In this document: piece after piece, positions 15,623-24,954 of the stretch
How positions within the stretch are numbered: the stretch's first letter is position 1
Layout of the letters: each line of letters opens with the position of its first letter
Source: a virus
Lineage: Duplodnaviria; Caudoviricetes
Virus record (IMG/VR): IMGVR_UViG_3300026187_000007
Location: 1-30,612 of that record
DNA: 30,612 nucleotides
Strand: one strand, 5' to 3'
Translations under genes and position numbers: made by a program
Notes under the pieces: model-generated
The model's input: the letters and a program-made list of their open reading frames with translations, nothing else
Database searches by the model: none
Told to the model about the DNA's origin: nothing

Positions 15623-17209
15623 TCCTATCGACGCTTCGTTAGTAATATTTCTATCTAACTCTTGCTGGTTACTAATTTCGTTACTTACTACAAAGGCCTT
15701 AATAGGCTTCTTTTCGTTTTGGCCTAAGGCTTCTGCTAATTGGTTTTCTGGAGCAGCTCCCACTATATTAAAAGCTGGGGCTTGAGACTCTCCTCTACCT
15801 CCGCTCATTCCTCCGCCTACTCCTCCCGTAGAAGTTTTAGCAGCACCTACCGCGTTTTTAATACTCATGAAGATACCCGCAGCTTGAGCAGCATACCCTA
15901 TAAGTAAAGGTATATTCTGAGGAAAACCTACTTTAGCAGTCTGGGCCGTACCTTCTGCTAACGATACTGTACTTCTTGCACTAGCTTGAGTAGCAAAGCT
16001 TATAGTTTTAGTAGCCTCTAATACTAATTCTCTAGCCTGCAGTACTGATTTAGCAATAAGAGCAGCTTTACCTACTTTACTTTCTGCTCCCGCTATAGCT
16101 ATTACATTATCTAGAGAGCTTCTTCGGGCCGCATCTAATTTAAGCTGGTTTTCTATTTGCGCTTGTAATAGAGCAGCGTTTTGATCTGCAGCATCCTTAT
16201 TGAAGATGCTTATTTGCTGAGCTTTTATTCCTTCAGCCTCTACTTCTTTAATTCCTTGCTCTGTAATTACGTTTACCGTTTCTACCTTTTCTCTTTTTAC
16301 TACGTCTATTTTACCGTCTCTTATTCTTTTCTGCTCTGCAGCTTCTAAGGCTAGTAATTCAGTTTCCTTTTTAAATATCTCTTCTTTCTCTGCGTTACTA
16401 TCTCTTAATTGTTGTAACTCTGCTTCTAAAAGGCTTTTTCTTAATTGGAAAATCTTTTTAGCAGACTCTCCTGCAGCTTCGGCTACTGCTATTTCTCTTT
16501 CTAGTTCTTGTATAGAATTGCTTACCGCTTTCTTAGTTGCTATGGCCGCTCTTTCCGCTTCGTCTGGTAAAATACCTAAGAACTCTAATACTGGTCTAGC
16601 AGCATCGAATAAATTATTAAAGGTAGTTTTTACCGCGTCTATAGCTTTACCTACAAAGGGTACGTTACTAGCAAATCTTTTTACTGCCTTAGTTATACTA
16701 TCCCAGTTATTTATTATAGCAGCTAATAATATAGCAAAGGCTCCTACCCCAGTAGCTAATATTGCTTTTTTAGTAGTAGATCCAAATAACTTAGCAGCTA
16801 CTCCAGATTTTTTAGCAGCTTGGGCTACTTGGCCAAATCCTTCCGATACGTCTTTAATTCCTAAACCTACCGCAATAGCTGAAGCAGCTTTTTGTTCGAA
16901 CTCTCCGAAAGCTTCCGATTCGATTCCTAAAGTTCCTAGAGTACCTACTACCGCAGAGAGAGAACCTCCGAAAACTTTAGCCGCACCGTCTGCAGCTTGT
17001 AGTTTGTCGTCTAGATTAAATCCCTCTATCTGGTTATTAACCTTTTCTATCTCTTTAGTAAGTAACTGCGACTTCTTAGCAGCTTCCTTAAAAGCGTCTG
17101 AATTTCTATCTAGGTCTTTTAGTTCTTGGTTTACGTCCTCTAGCATACCCTCTAGTTGACCTAGAGATTTAGAGTTTACGTCTATTTCTATTGTCTTTTT
17201 AACTGCCAT
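15620..17209 (-). CDS. Tape measure protein (short)
   Basis: Ala/Gly-rich helical protein with coiled coils and hydrophobic segments. Confidence 0.75.
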   Translation of the reverse strand: MAVKKTIEIDVNSKSLGQLEGMLEDVNQELKDLDRNSDAFKEAAKKSQLLTKEIEKVNNQIEGFNLDDKLQAADGAAKVFGGSLSAVVGTLGTLGIESEAFGEFEQKAASAIAVGLGIKDVSEGFGQVAQAAKKSGVAAKLFGSTTKKAILATGVGAFAILLAAIINNWDSITKAVKRFASNVPFVGKAIDAVKTTFNNLFDAARPVLEFLGILPDEAERAAIATKKAVSNSIQELEREIAVAEAAGESAKKIFQLRKSLLEAELQQLRDSNAEKEEIFKKETELLALEAAEQKRIRDGKIDVVKREKVETVNVITEQGIKEVEAEGIKAQQISIFNKDAADQNAALLQAQIENQLKLDAARRSSLDNVIAIAGAESKVGKAALIAKSVLQARELVLEATKTISFATQASARSTVSLAEGTAQTAKVGFPQNIPLLIGYAAQAAGIFMSIKNAVGAAKTSTGGVGGGMSGGRGESQAPAFNIVGAAPENQLAEALGQNEKKPIKAFVVSNEISNQQELDRNITNEASIG

Positions 17210-17346
17210 ACCTCTCTCTTATGTTGTTTGTAAGCTTCCTTAATACTCTCTGGAGCTTTATTTTTACCTAAGGCTATAAAAGTATAGTACCCTATGTTAT
17301 CTTCTTGCTTCGCTATCTCTAGCATTTCTAATATATTACTTATCAT
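17188..17346 (-). CDS. 52 aa protein (not in ORF track)
   Basis: MISNILEMLEIAKQEDNIGYYTFIALGKNKAPESIKEAYKQHKREVWQLKRQ; ATGA overlap. Confidence 0.7.
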   Translation of the reverse strand: MISNILEMLEIAKQEDNIGYYTFIALGKNKAPESIKEAYKQHKREVWQLKRQ

Positions 17347-20168
17347 GTCGTAGTAATTTCTTCTATTTCACTTAAAGCGTCTGCTTCTGCGTAAGCTAAA
17401 TCTGTATTCGTTCTACCATAGAATCTAAAGTAGTAAGTAGTCGCAGAGGTCGCATTATTTTTCTGGTAACTAGAACTAAAGGGTACTGTAGGCCTTTTAT
17501 TATTACTAGCCGTAACGTAATCTATTTTAGTTACCCCAGCTACCGCAGCTATATCGTCTACGTCCGTTCCTAATAAATCGTCTGAGGTAGTACTATATAA
17601 GAATCCGTATTCGTCTATATTATCCGAAGTTCCTATCTTACCTAAAGTCTTAATTTGATAACCTATCTTAAAGGAAGAAGAAGTAACCTCTCTTAAATTA
17701 GCATCTGCTTTATAATCCTCCGTATCTGCTTTTACTATAATAGAATCTACGGTAATATGCGGATCGAATAACGTAGGAGGAGTAACCTCTACTGGGTTCC
17801 CGTTTATACTCGTATCTGGAGTATTACTATCTGCAGTAGTACCGTCTCCAGAATCATTTACGATTACATATCCGTCCGAGACTTGTACTCCGTCGGTATC
17901 TGCTAATATAACCGTATTATCTACAGTAATTACAGTAGAATCTATAGTAGGAGCGTTATCCGCAGTTACTAATTGGTCTCTTCTAAAGATAGTATCTCTT
18001 ACTATATTTTGACCTTGTACTGCAGTAGTGTTAATTAATTCTAGATTAGTTAATAGCTTCTGAAAATCAGTAGTTAGCTTATTTATTTTATAAAGCCTAT
18101 CTGCTATTAATATTTTATCGTTTAACTTTATGCTAGATAATATTCTTTGAGGTAGATAAGCTGAAGTACTAGTTAATCTTCTTTGCTTATCGAAGATATC
18201 TAAGATATAATTCTTATAGTACTGATCAAACAAAGTACTCTTAAAAGGAACCTCAGCGTATTCGTTAATCTCTGAAGCGAAATTTATATTAACTGAGTCC
18301 GTTAAATTCTCTCCTAACTCTATAGAATTAGAAGGCATATAGACCTTAGTATTTGCCGTTAAAGTACTCGTACTACTATCGAAGTTTATAAGTTTTATAG
18401 GCTCGTTTATTTCTTTGCTTACTGCGTAAAATAAAAGAGGTTTACCTATAGTCGCTTCTTGTTTTTCGTCTGCACTCCAGCCTATTTGTATACCAGTATC
18501 GGAACTATCGTTAGCATCCGTTAGCTTCTCGAAAAGCATATGTTCGAAAGGAGCTACTATTTTATATTCAGTTCCTAAATTATTATCGTTTTCCTTATAA
18601 TGTAATCCTCCCCAGTCTTTATTATTTAAATCCTCGTAAGTAGCTGCTAAAAAACTCTCTCTTCCTTCGTAAGAAAAGGAGACTTGTCTATAAGGTACTA
18701 CCGAGTCTACTGTAATAGTATCTTTATCTAAATAAGGAGTTATATCGTAAACTTTATCGCTACCTCCATAGAATTGATCTAGAGTTTGTACTACTATTTT
18801 TCCTTCTTCGTTTTGATAGGCCGTAAGGTTAAACATCTTAAAGAGTCCAGTAAGGAATCCTAAAATAGTTATATCTGGCATCTGGTTAGCTGCATATACC
18901 TCGCTATCCGAACCTACTACCGCAGTTCCCGTAAAATTTATCTCTCTATATCCTCCAAAATTTTTCTTTCTTCTAACTTTAGCTTTAAGAGTAAATGTAG
19001 AAGGGGTATTAGATTTTACTGCAAAAGTATAAGAGCCTTTATCTATTTCTATTTCGTCCGCTAATGCTATAGGGGTAAATATCCCGTTAGTTTGCGTCCC
19101 AGTATAGGTATTAAATTCGTTTCCTTGTTCGTCGTAAATAATAACAGTAAAAGGTCCGCTTACTGTAGTCTCTACGCTCAAGCTCAAAAACCTTTGCTTC
19201 TCTGCTCTTTCAGGATTGCTAATTACTTGGTCGGGATCTGGGGTAGTAAAAGTATTACCGTTTTGTATAATTCCCACTCCTACAGCCCCTACGTCTGAAC
19301 CCGCAGAAACAGTTAAGTCTTGAAAATAAGTACCGCCCTCTTGGTCTACAAATAATCCGCCCGTTTTAGTATGTAACCATAAATATAAATTATAATAAGG
19401 TAGATTAGTCTCAGTAAAAAAGTCTGTACTAAACTCTATACCACTTTCTTTATATTGGGCCTCTATAGCTTTTATAATAGCATGAACTCTAATAGCTGGC
19501 TTTAATTCCGTAAGCTTTAATCCTCCATTAGTTACATTCGCTAAGTTAGCCTCTCCAGCTACTCCAGTATAAGAAGTATTACTATCGAATATCATTCTAT
19601 CGGTGTGCGATATAAGAGGAAAAACTATAGCGTCTTGAATTTCTATAGGACTTACGGTTCCACTTAGTCCCTTTATAGGGGTATACATTATCTCATTCTT
19701 ACCGTCTTGTAGATATTGCTTTACGTTGGACGAAGTATAGTCAAATTGAAAGTTACTAATTAAATAAGATAGAGAGGATAATTTCTTTTCTCTAAATACA
19801 TCTTTTAAAATAACTCCACTTCCAAAGAAAGTAAGTCTATAGGTAAATGGCCTATTATCTTTAGTAGTAGACCCCTCTAGCTTTATGTAACCTTCTTTAT
19901 AAAGTTCGTAGTTAAGATATATTTTAGCTTTATGCCTTTTCTTAGGATCGAAGCCGTCTATAAAGTAATTATAAAAATGCTTAAAAATAATATTATTAGT
20001 ACGAGAAGCGGGTACGTTAAAAGTCCTAGTAAAGTCTGAAAAAACCTTAGATATATCCCGTACATCTTGTAGCGATTGCGTATAACTTACGGTCTCATTA
20101 TCGTAAAGTTCTACTTCGTCGTAGGACTGCCCGTTTTCGTTTAATATATATAACTGTAAATTAATCAT
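17343..20168 (-). CDS. Tail tip/hub protein with C-terminal FnIII-like domain
   Basis: 941 aa; FTRTFNVPAS..NN N-terminus; EYGFLYS..TTYYFRFY FnIII-like end. Confidence 0.7.
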   Translation of the reverse strand: MINLQLYILNENGQSYDEVELYDNETVSYTQSLQDVRDISKVFSDFTRTFNVPASRTNNIIFKHFYNYFIDGFDPKKRHKAKIYLNYELYKEGYIKLEGSTTKDNRPFTYRLTFFGSGVILKDVFREKKLSSLSYLISNFQFDYTSSNVKQYLQDGKNEIMYTPIKGLSGTVSPIEIQDAIVFPLISHTDRMIFDSNTSYTGVAGEANLANVTNGGLKLTELKPAIRVHAIIKAIEAQYKESGIEFSTDFFTETNLPYYNLYLWLHTKTGGLFVDQEGGTYFQDLTVSAGSDVGAVGVGIIQNGNTFTTPDPDQVISNPERAEKQRFLSLSVETTVSGPFTVIIYDEQGNEFNTYTGTQTNGIFTPIALADEIEIDKGSYTFAVKSNTPSTFTLKAKVRRKKNFGGYREINFTGTAVVGSDSEVYAANQMPDITILGFLTGLFKMFNLTAYQNEEGKIVVQTLDQFYGGSDKVYDITPYLDKDTITVDSVVPYRQVSFSYEGRESFLAATYEDLNNKDWGGLHYKENDNNLGTEYKIVAPFEHMLFEKLTDANDSSDTGIQIGWSADEKQEATIGKPLLFYAVSKEINEPIKLINFDSSTSTLTANTKVYMPSNSIELGENLTDSVNINFASEINEYAEVPFKSTLFDQYYKNYILDIFDKQRRLTSTSAYLPQRILSSIKLNDKILIADRLYKINKLTTDFQKLLTNLELINTTAVQGQNIVRDTIFRRDQLVTADNAPTIDSTVITVDNTVILADTDGVQVSDGYVIVNDSGDGTTADSNTPDTSINGNPVEVTPPTLFDPHITVDSIIVKADTEDYKADANLREVTSSSFKIGYQIKTLGKIGTSDNIDEYGFLYSTTSDDLLGTDVDDIAAVAGVTKIDYVTASNNKRPTVPFSSSYQKNNATSATTYYFRFYGRTNTDLAYAEADALSEIEEITTT

Positions 20169-21154
20169 TACCTTACGTTATTAATCTTATTAAATGCGAA
20201 CTCGAAGTCTATAGTATAGTTAGATAATTTATTATTTAGGCTTGTTTTTAACTCTAGGTTTTTACTTGTAGGTATAATAGGGAGCGTTTTATTATTCCAG
20301 CGAATCCAAACTTTCTCAGATAAAAATAGCTCCTCTATCGCACTATTAAAATCGTCGTTTACGAATCCAGTATTAAGGCTTATACTAGTTTTAGCGTTAG
20401 TATTATATCTTTCCCTTTGGCCTCTATAAGTATCGTAGGTAACATTATTATTCTCGAAGATATTTCTCTTAAAAGTTTCGTCCGTTACGTTAAAACTCTC
20501 TGTAGTCTTTTTAAAGAAGTATAAGTCTTGGAAGGCTCCGAACTTATTTACGAATGTAACTTTATAAGGAGTATACTTAGGCTCGCAGACGTTATTTATA
20601 TTTATAGTTTTTAAAAGAGTAGTATCGTCCGTATCGTATACTCTAATAATAGAACTATTTGCGGGTATATTTAAGTATTGTATCTTTTGATTAGTATTAC
20701 CGTTATCGCTTATCTCTGTTTCGGAACTATCTACTACTACCTTACCTACTCCTTCAGCGAATAAAGGAAGCTTTCCTATAGTACCTTCTGGAATATATAG
20801 AGTTGAGGTAGAAATTAAAGCATGCCTATTTAATTCGGGATTTATGCCCTCCTCAAAATATCCAAAGCCGTCTAAAGCTAGATAGGTATTTGAGATAGGA
20901 CTTCCGTAAGTAAATTCTGTATCGTTTTCGTCTCTTACCGTAGCGTCTGTATATACCCAAACGCAGTAACTAAGGTAATCGTCGTTAAACTCTATATTTA
21001 TATAATCCCTTACTAATTCTGCTATTTCGAAATTAATTTTAGTCTCTCCCGTTATTAAAGACTTATTTAGAGTATATCTTTTATCGCTACCAGTATACCC
21101 AGAAGATAATCCCGTATATATATAAATATCTAAAACTATGTTATCAAATGCCAT
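20168..21154 (-). CDS. Distal tail-like protein
   Basis: FVNKFGAFQDLYF, LNTGFV, LFLSEKVW; precedes the tail tip gene. Confidence 0.55.
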   Translation of the reverse strand: MAFDNIVLDIYIYTGLSSGYTGSDKRYTLNKSLITGETKINFEIAELVRDYINIEFNDDYLSYCVWVYTDATVRDENDTEFTYGSPISNTYLALDGFGYFEEGINPELNRHALISTSTLYIPEGTIGKLPLFAEGVGKVVVDSSETEISDNGNTNQKIQYLNIPANSSIIRVYDTDDTTLLKTININNVCEPKYTPYKVTFVNKFGAFQDLYFFKKTTESFNVTDETFKRNIFENNNVTYDTYRGQRERYNTNAKTSISLNTGFVNDDFNSAIEELFLSEKVWIRWNNKTLPIIPTSKNLELKTSLNNKLSNYTIDFEFAFNKINNVR

Positions 21155-22674
21155 TACAATCTTCTTAATTCTTTAGTATTCCAATCTTTTAAATAAACCG
21201 CAGCGATAGTATAATTACTACCGAAAGTTAAAACGTATTCAAACTGAGTAACTGATGCGAGATAAGTACTACCCTTAGTCTTTCTTATATAAGTATGATG
21301 CCCATTAGGAAACTCCGCTACTTTACCTAAATAACAGAGCTGCTTTCCTTCCCATGCTCCACTAGGAGCTAATACGTCCTCCGCCTTTATTTCGTATCTA
21401 CAATAGCTTATATTCTTTTCTATGAAATTCGTATAAACGTCTCCAGTCTTTACTCCAAAATACCAAAGTTCTGTTTTATCTGCACAAGGATCTACGATTT
21501 CTACTGGCTCTGCAGGCTGCCAAATTCTAGCCTCGCAATCTATTGTACTACCGCTATTAGAAAAACCAGAAGCAGGAGTCTGTATAGTATAGGTAACCGT
21601 TCTACGAGTAGCCTCTTGTACTCTAGTAAATTTACTAGGAGTAAAGCTATCGATAGTTAAATAGTATTCTGGATCGTCTTTTCCTAGAGGTGCAGCATGC
21701 CATTTAGCTACTCCTGCAGTTACGTTGCCGTCTACTAATATAGCTTGATCGTCTAAATCTACGTCTGAGCATTCAAAGGCGAAAAGAGTAATATTAGATT
21801 TTTGCGTATACGTTACGTTACATTCTATTGTCGAACCAGAATTAGAATACCCATTAGGTACTAATACGTCGTAATATAAAGTAACGCTTATTTCTGAGCC
21901 AGTATTATTAGCAGCTATACTCGCAACCGAAGCACCTCCGCTAGTTTCTTTAGTTGCGGTAACTGTGCCTATAGAAGAAGGGGTAGTAAGAGTTCCGTCT
22001 TTTGCTACTGCTCCCCCAATTAGATTAGCCGTACTACAGTCGAAAGCTACTGGAGCAGAAAGAGTAGTACTTACAGTTTGTTTAGCACTACAGCCCGTTA
22101 CATTATCTATTCTTTCTAATTGTATTGTAAATACTCCTGCAGTATCTCTAGAGGTAATAGTTATTTCTTCGTCTATCGTATTTATGCTAGTATCTAAGTA
22201 AGCTCCGTTAGAATTTAAAACTATATCGTTAAAATCTGAAGTAGTACCCGTAAAATAACTAGAATAGTCTATAGTTACCGAACTTCCTCCAGTATTTAAA
22301 GATTGACTAGGAATAGATCCGCTAGGACTTACTACGGCAGGGCAGCTTACTGGTTTAGCTTCTTGAGTAGCCGTAACTTCGCAAATAATTGCTGATCCCT
22401 CATTACTAAAACCCGCAGGGGCTATAATAGTAAGTTTTAGAGTTCTAATAGTATCGCTACTTACCTCCGCAAAAGTATCATTAGAAAAATCTGCAGCATC
22501 TGAAGTATAAGACTGTATAGCTCCATATTCTAAGACGGGCAAAGATATAGTTCCGCTTTGGTCTACAGAAAAGTTAGCTGCATTAGCATACCCGCAAGTA
22601 AATTCGGGAGTAGGATCTATAGGCTCCGTATAACTTAGATAATAAGGGCTTCTTATATTTATTTTAGTACTCAT
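21154..22674 (-). CDS. Tail-associated protein with three Cys-bracketed Ig-like repeats
   Basis: Three FxC...P.G(F/Y)SN.GS.I.C...Q repeats; Ser/Thr-rich. Confidence 0.65.
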   Translation of the reverse strand: MSTKINIRSPYYLSYTEPIDPTPEFTCGYANAANFSVDQSGTISLPVLEYGAIQSYTSDAADFSNDTFAEVSSDTIRTLKLTIIAPAGFSNEGSAIICEVTATQEAKPVSCPAVVSPSGSIPSQSLNTGGSSVTIDYSSYFTGTTSDFNDIVLNSNGAYLDTSINTIDEEITITSRDTAGVFTIQLERIDNVTGCSAKQTVSTTLSAPVAFDCSTANLIGGAVAKDGTLTTPSSIGTVTATKETSGGASVASIAANNTGSEISVTLYYDVLVPNGYSNSGSTIECNVTYTQKSNITLFAFECSDVDLDDQAILVDGNVTAGVAKWHAAPLGKDDPEYYLTIDSFTPSKFTRVQEATRRTVTYTIQTPASGFSNSGSTIDCEARIWQPAEPVEIVDPCADKTELWYFGVKTGDVYTNFIEKNISYCRYEIKAEDVLAPSGAWEGKQLCYLGKVAEFPNGHHTYIRKTKGSTYLASVTQFEYVLTFGSNYTIAAVYLKDWNTKELRRL

Positions 22675-23192
22675 GGTCTTAATCTTTTTTCGTTAAGCGA
22701 AAAGGCTAATAAATCTTCTACGTCTAATCCAAATCTTTCTATTAGTTCGTCTGGTAATTTCTTAAAGTATTTCTCGAAGGGCTTAGTAAAAAATAAGCTA
22801 GGCTTTATTCCTTTCTTATATACGCTTCTAGCTATTATATAACCCATGCTTTTATAGGTTCCAAATTTTCCGTTCTTTAATCTAGGCTGAAGGCCTCTAA
22901 ATCTAGCCCAGTCTATAAAATGTTTACCAGAAGGTATCTTATTAGTATAAGAGTAAGGAGTATTAAATTTTCTTTCCGTACCGCTTACCCCTTTGTCTTG
23001 GTATAAACCATATTCCTCCATAGAAAAACTAAGCTCGAAGCTATTCTCGTATACTTCGAAGTCTCCGCTTATACTTTCGTATAACTTTTTACTTACCCTC
23101 TTTCTTTTCTTGGATAGATTATGCTTAGCCTCTCTTACGATCTTATCTCTAAACTCTTCTAAGTACTTTCTACCTTCTCCCGTCGTTAGCAT
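22671..23192 (-). CDS. Tail completion/neck protein (HK97 gp10-like)
   Basis: Basic; YGLYQDKGV, IARSVYKKGIKPSLFF. Confidence 0.6.
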   Translation of the reverse strand: MLTTGEGRKYLEEFRDKIVREAKHNLSKKRKRVSKKLYESISGDFEVYENSFELSFSMEEYGLYQDKGVSGTERKFNTPYSYTNKIPSGKHFIDWARFRGLQPRLKNGKFGTYKSMGYIIARSVYKKGIKPSLFFTKPFEKYFKKLPDELIERFGLDVEDLLAFSLNEKRLRP

Positions 23193-23641
23193 ACTGTCAT
23201 ATCGTTTTGAACTAAAATATCTAAGGTAGATACCCAGCCTGCAAGTTTATTCTCAAATCTATCTACAAAAGGTTCGCAAGTAACCGCTCCTTCTACTTGG
23301 TATTTATCTTGGTATAAAGTACCTCTTTGTAATAAAGCTATTAATCTATTCTGGATTGCTAGCTGCGTATTTAGAATATCCTGCTCGTTATCGTTTCCTA
23401 TAAAGTTATCTGTAGTTTCCGATTTACTTTCGTCTACTACGTCCATAGAAAGCACGCTAATATTAAACGTAATAAAGTTAGAATTTACTGTAGCGTTATT
23501 TACTATAATATGCGATAGAGGAAAGATAGTAGTCTTATTCAAATCTATATCGTCTAGGCTACCGTAAGAGACAGTATTAACGAAAGGCTCCGCTATTAAG
23601 GTATCTTTTATTTTATCGGTTAATTCGTAGAAGGCTTTCAT
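23186..23641 (-). CDS. Tail terminator-like protein
   Basis: Acidic 151 aa; FPLSHI, EPFVDRFENKLAGW. Confidence 0.55.
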   Translation of the reverse strand: MKAFYELTDKIKDTLIAEPFVNTVSYGSLDDIDLNKTTIFPLSHIIVNNATVNSNFITFNISVLSMDVVDESKSETTDNFIGNDNEQDILNTQLAIQNRLIALLQRGTLYQDKYQVEGAVTCEPFVDRFENKLAGWVSTLDILVQNDMTVC

Positions 23642-23898
23642 TTCTTAAATTTTTCTAACTGTTTCTTTTCTAATTCTATCTTTTCTTTTTCGAAGGCTAA
23701 AAATAATAGAGCTTGGTGCATGTTTAATCGGGTAGCAATATCGAAGCGGGTAGCATCTCCCTTAGCAAGTCCGTAAATTGATTGGAACCAGCCCCACTTC
23801 TTTCCAAAGCCGCTAATACTTCCGTATTCATTTGGTTCGGAGCTTCCCTCTTCAAATAATTCAGGATAGTTTCTAGTAACTCGTTGTTTAAACGGTAA
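23638..23898 (-). CDS. -1 frameshift extension of tail assembly chaperone (GT-like, 249 aa fusion)
   Basis: G-T9 slippery run at 23897-23906; -1 frame open for 86 codons to a TGA overlapping the next ATG. Confidence 0.75.
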   Translation of the reverse strand, partial: LPFKQRVTRNYPELFEEGSSEPNEYGSISGFGKKWGWFQSIYGLAKGDATRFDIATRLNMHQALLFLAFEKEKIELEKKQLEKFKK

Positions 23899-24386
23899 AA
23901 AAAAACCATAGCTCCCATCGCTATACCTAGAGGCATCTTCTTAAATACCTCAGCATTATCTAGGCCCTTATATTCTTCTATAAGATATTTACCTTCTTTC
24001 TTATAGTTAATAGGTCTATATAGGACCGCCATAGCTTTATGGATTGTTTCCCACTCCGTAAGGTTTTCGTCTAGATCTATAAACTCCCCTATAGTCATAT
24101 CGTCGAGCTTAGGGATAAATCCGTATTCTATACCTTCTAAACTAAACGTAGGAACTAGATCTGTTTTTTCAGTAAATAGCCTATCTATATCTCCTAAGAT
24201 TTCTTTTATACTAGTAACTCTTATAGTAGCTATATCTTTAAGCTCTAGGCCGCAGAATATCTCTACCGTCTTATGGAATAAGAAATTAGAGTTTTGGTTT
24301 TCTTCCGTATTTATCTTATCGAATCGCTGATATTGTTCTAGCGTAATCTCGTTAAGGTTTTCGGGTACGTTTATTTCTAGCTTCAT
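23724..24386 (-). CDS. Tail assembly chaperone (G-like)
   Basis: Contains the slippery site; heads the tail operon. Confidence 0.65.
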   Translation of the reverse strand: MKLEINVPENLNEITLEQYQRFDKINTEENQNSNFLFHKTVEIFCGLELKDIATIRVTSIKEILGDIDRLFTEKTDLVPTFSLEGIEYGFIPKLDDMTIGEFIDLDENLTEWETIHKAMAVLYRPINYKKEGKYLIEEYKGLDNAEVFKKMPLGIAMGAMVFFYRLNNELLETILNYLKREAPNQMNTEVLAALERSGAGSNQFTDLLREMLPASILLPD

Positions 24387-24418
24387 ATATTAATAATAAT
24401 TTATTCTTAAATATGTAT
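24387..24418 (-). promoter_or_regulatory. Putative phage-sigma late promoter
   Basis: ATACA-N14-TTATTA-N7-ATG. Confidence 0.7.
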
Positions 24419-24447
24419 AAAAGAAAAGAGCCGTATTTCTACGACTC
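24419..24447 (-). terminator. Intrinsic terminator
   Basis: GAGTCGTA-GAAA-TACGGCTC followed by TTTTCTTTT. Confidence 0.8.
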
Positions 24448-24478
24448 CTAACTAATTAATCAAAACAAAATGAAAAGG
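24419..24478 (-). ncRNA. Candidate anti-start-codon 3'-UTR sRNA
   Basis: CCUUUUCAUUUUGUUUUGAUUAAUUAG before the terminator is the complement of a typical A-rich start region plus AUG AAA. Confidence 0.35.
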
Positions 24479-24709
24479 TTATTTATCTCTATTATAATAA
24501 TACTTATAAAGTTCTGCTATTCTTTCGTACATGGCCAAATTTTCTTTTTTGTTTCTTTGGCTCCAGATCATATCTCCAGTTCTTTTAAAACCTTGATAGT
24601 TTACTTGAATAGCTAAGCGAGGAGGATTTTCTGGACTAGCCTCCCTCCAGATAATAGGGTATATAGTTATACCGTTATCTATACACCAGCTTATACTAGG
24701 ATCACGCAT
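24479..24709 (-). CDS. Hypothetical 76 aa protein (moron-like cassette)
   Basis: ORF between its own promoter and terminator. Confidence 0.7.
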   Translation of the reverse strand: MRDPSISWCIDNGITIYPIIWREASPENPPRLAIQVNYQGFKRTGDMIWSQRNKKENLAMYERIAELYKYYYNRDK

Positions 24710-24902
24710 ACCAAATCCAAAGTAAAAAGTCTAAAGTAGCGTACATAAAGAAGAAACTTAACGCTACAAATAGCGCAGCTTGGCCTATAATCTTTAAGGC
24801 ATTTTTTCTACGAGCTTTAGAAGTAGCCTTTCTAATTAAATAGTATTCCATACTGAAATCGTTTCTCCAGTTATCGGTATTAATTTCTCTGTAATCTTTC
24901 AT
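24702..24902 (-). CDS. 66 aa C-terminally anchored membrane protein (moron-like cassette)
   Basis: Basic stretch followed by a C-terminal TM. Confidence 0.7.
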   Translation of the reverse strand: MKDYREINTDNWRNDFSMEYYLIRKATSKARRKNALKIIGQAALFVALSFFFMYATLDFLLWIWYA

Positions 24903-24921
24903 AATTATAAGTTTTAAAGTT

Positions 24922-24953
24922 TAAATATATAAACATTTTATTAATAAAACAAA
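24922..24953 (-). promoter_or_regulatory. Host-type promoter
   Basis: TTTG-N20-TATATTTA, matching the -33/-7 spacing. Confidence 0.55.
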
Positions 24954-24954
24954 T

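Noticed and set aside
16518-17159. 213 aa plus-strand ORF
   Set aside because: Antisense shadow of the Ala-rich tape measure gene; TTG start, no promoter or recognisable motif.
24470-24616. 48 aa plus-strand ORF MKRLFISIIIILIKF...
   Set aside because: Antisense to a real gene with no plus-strand promoter seen; kept only as an alternative explanation for the antisense element.
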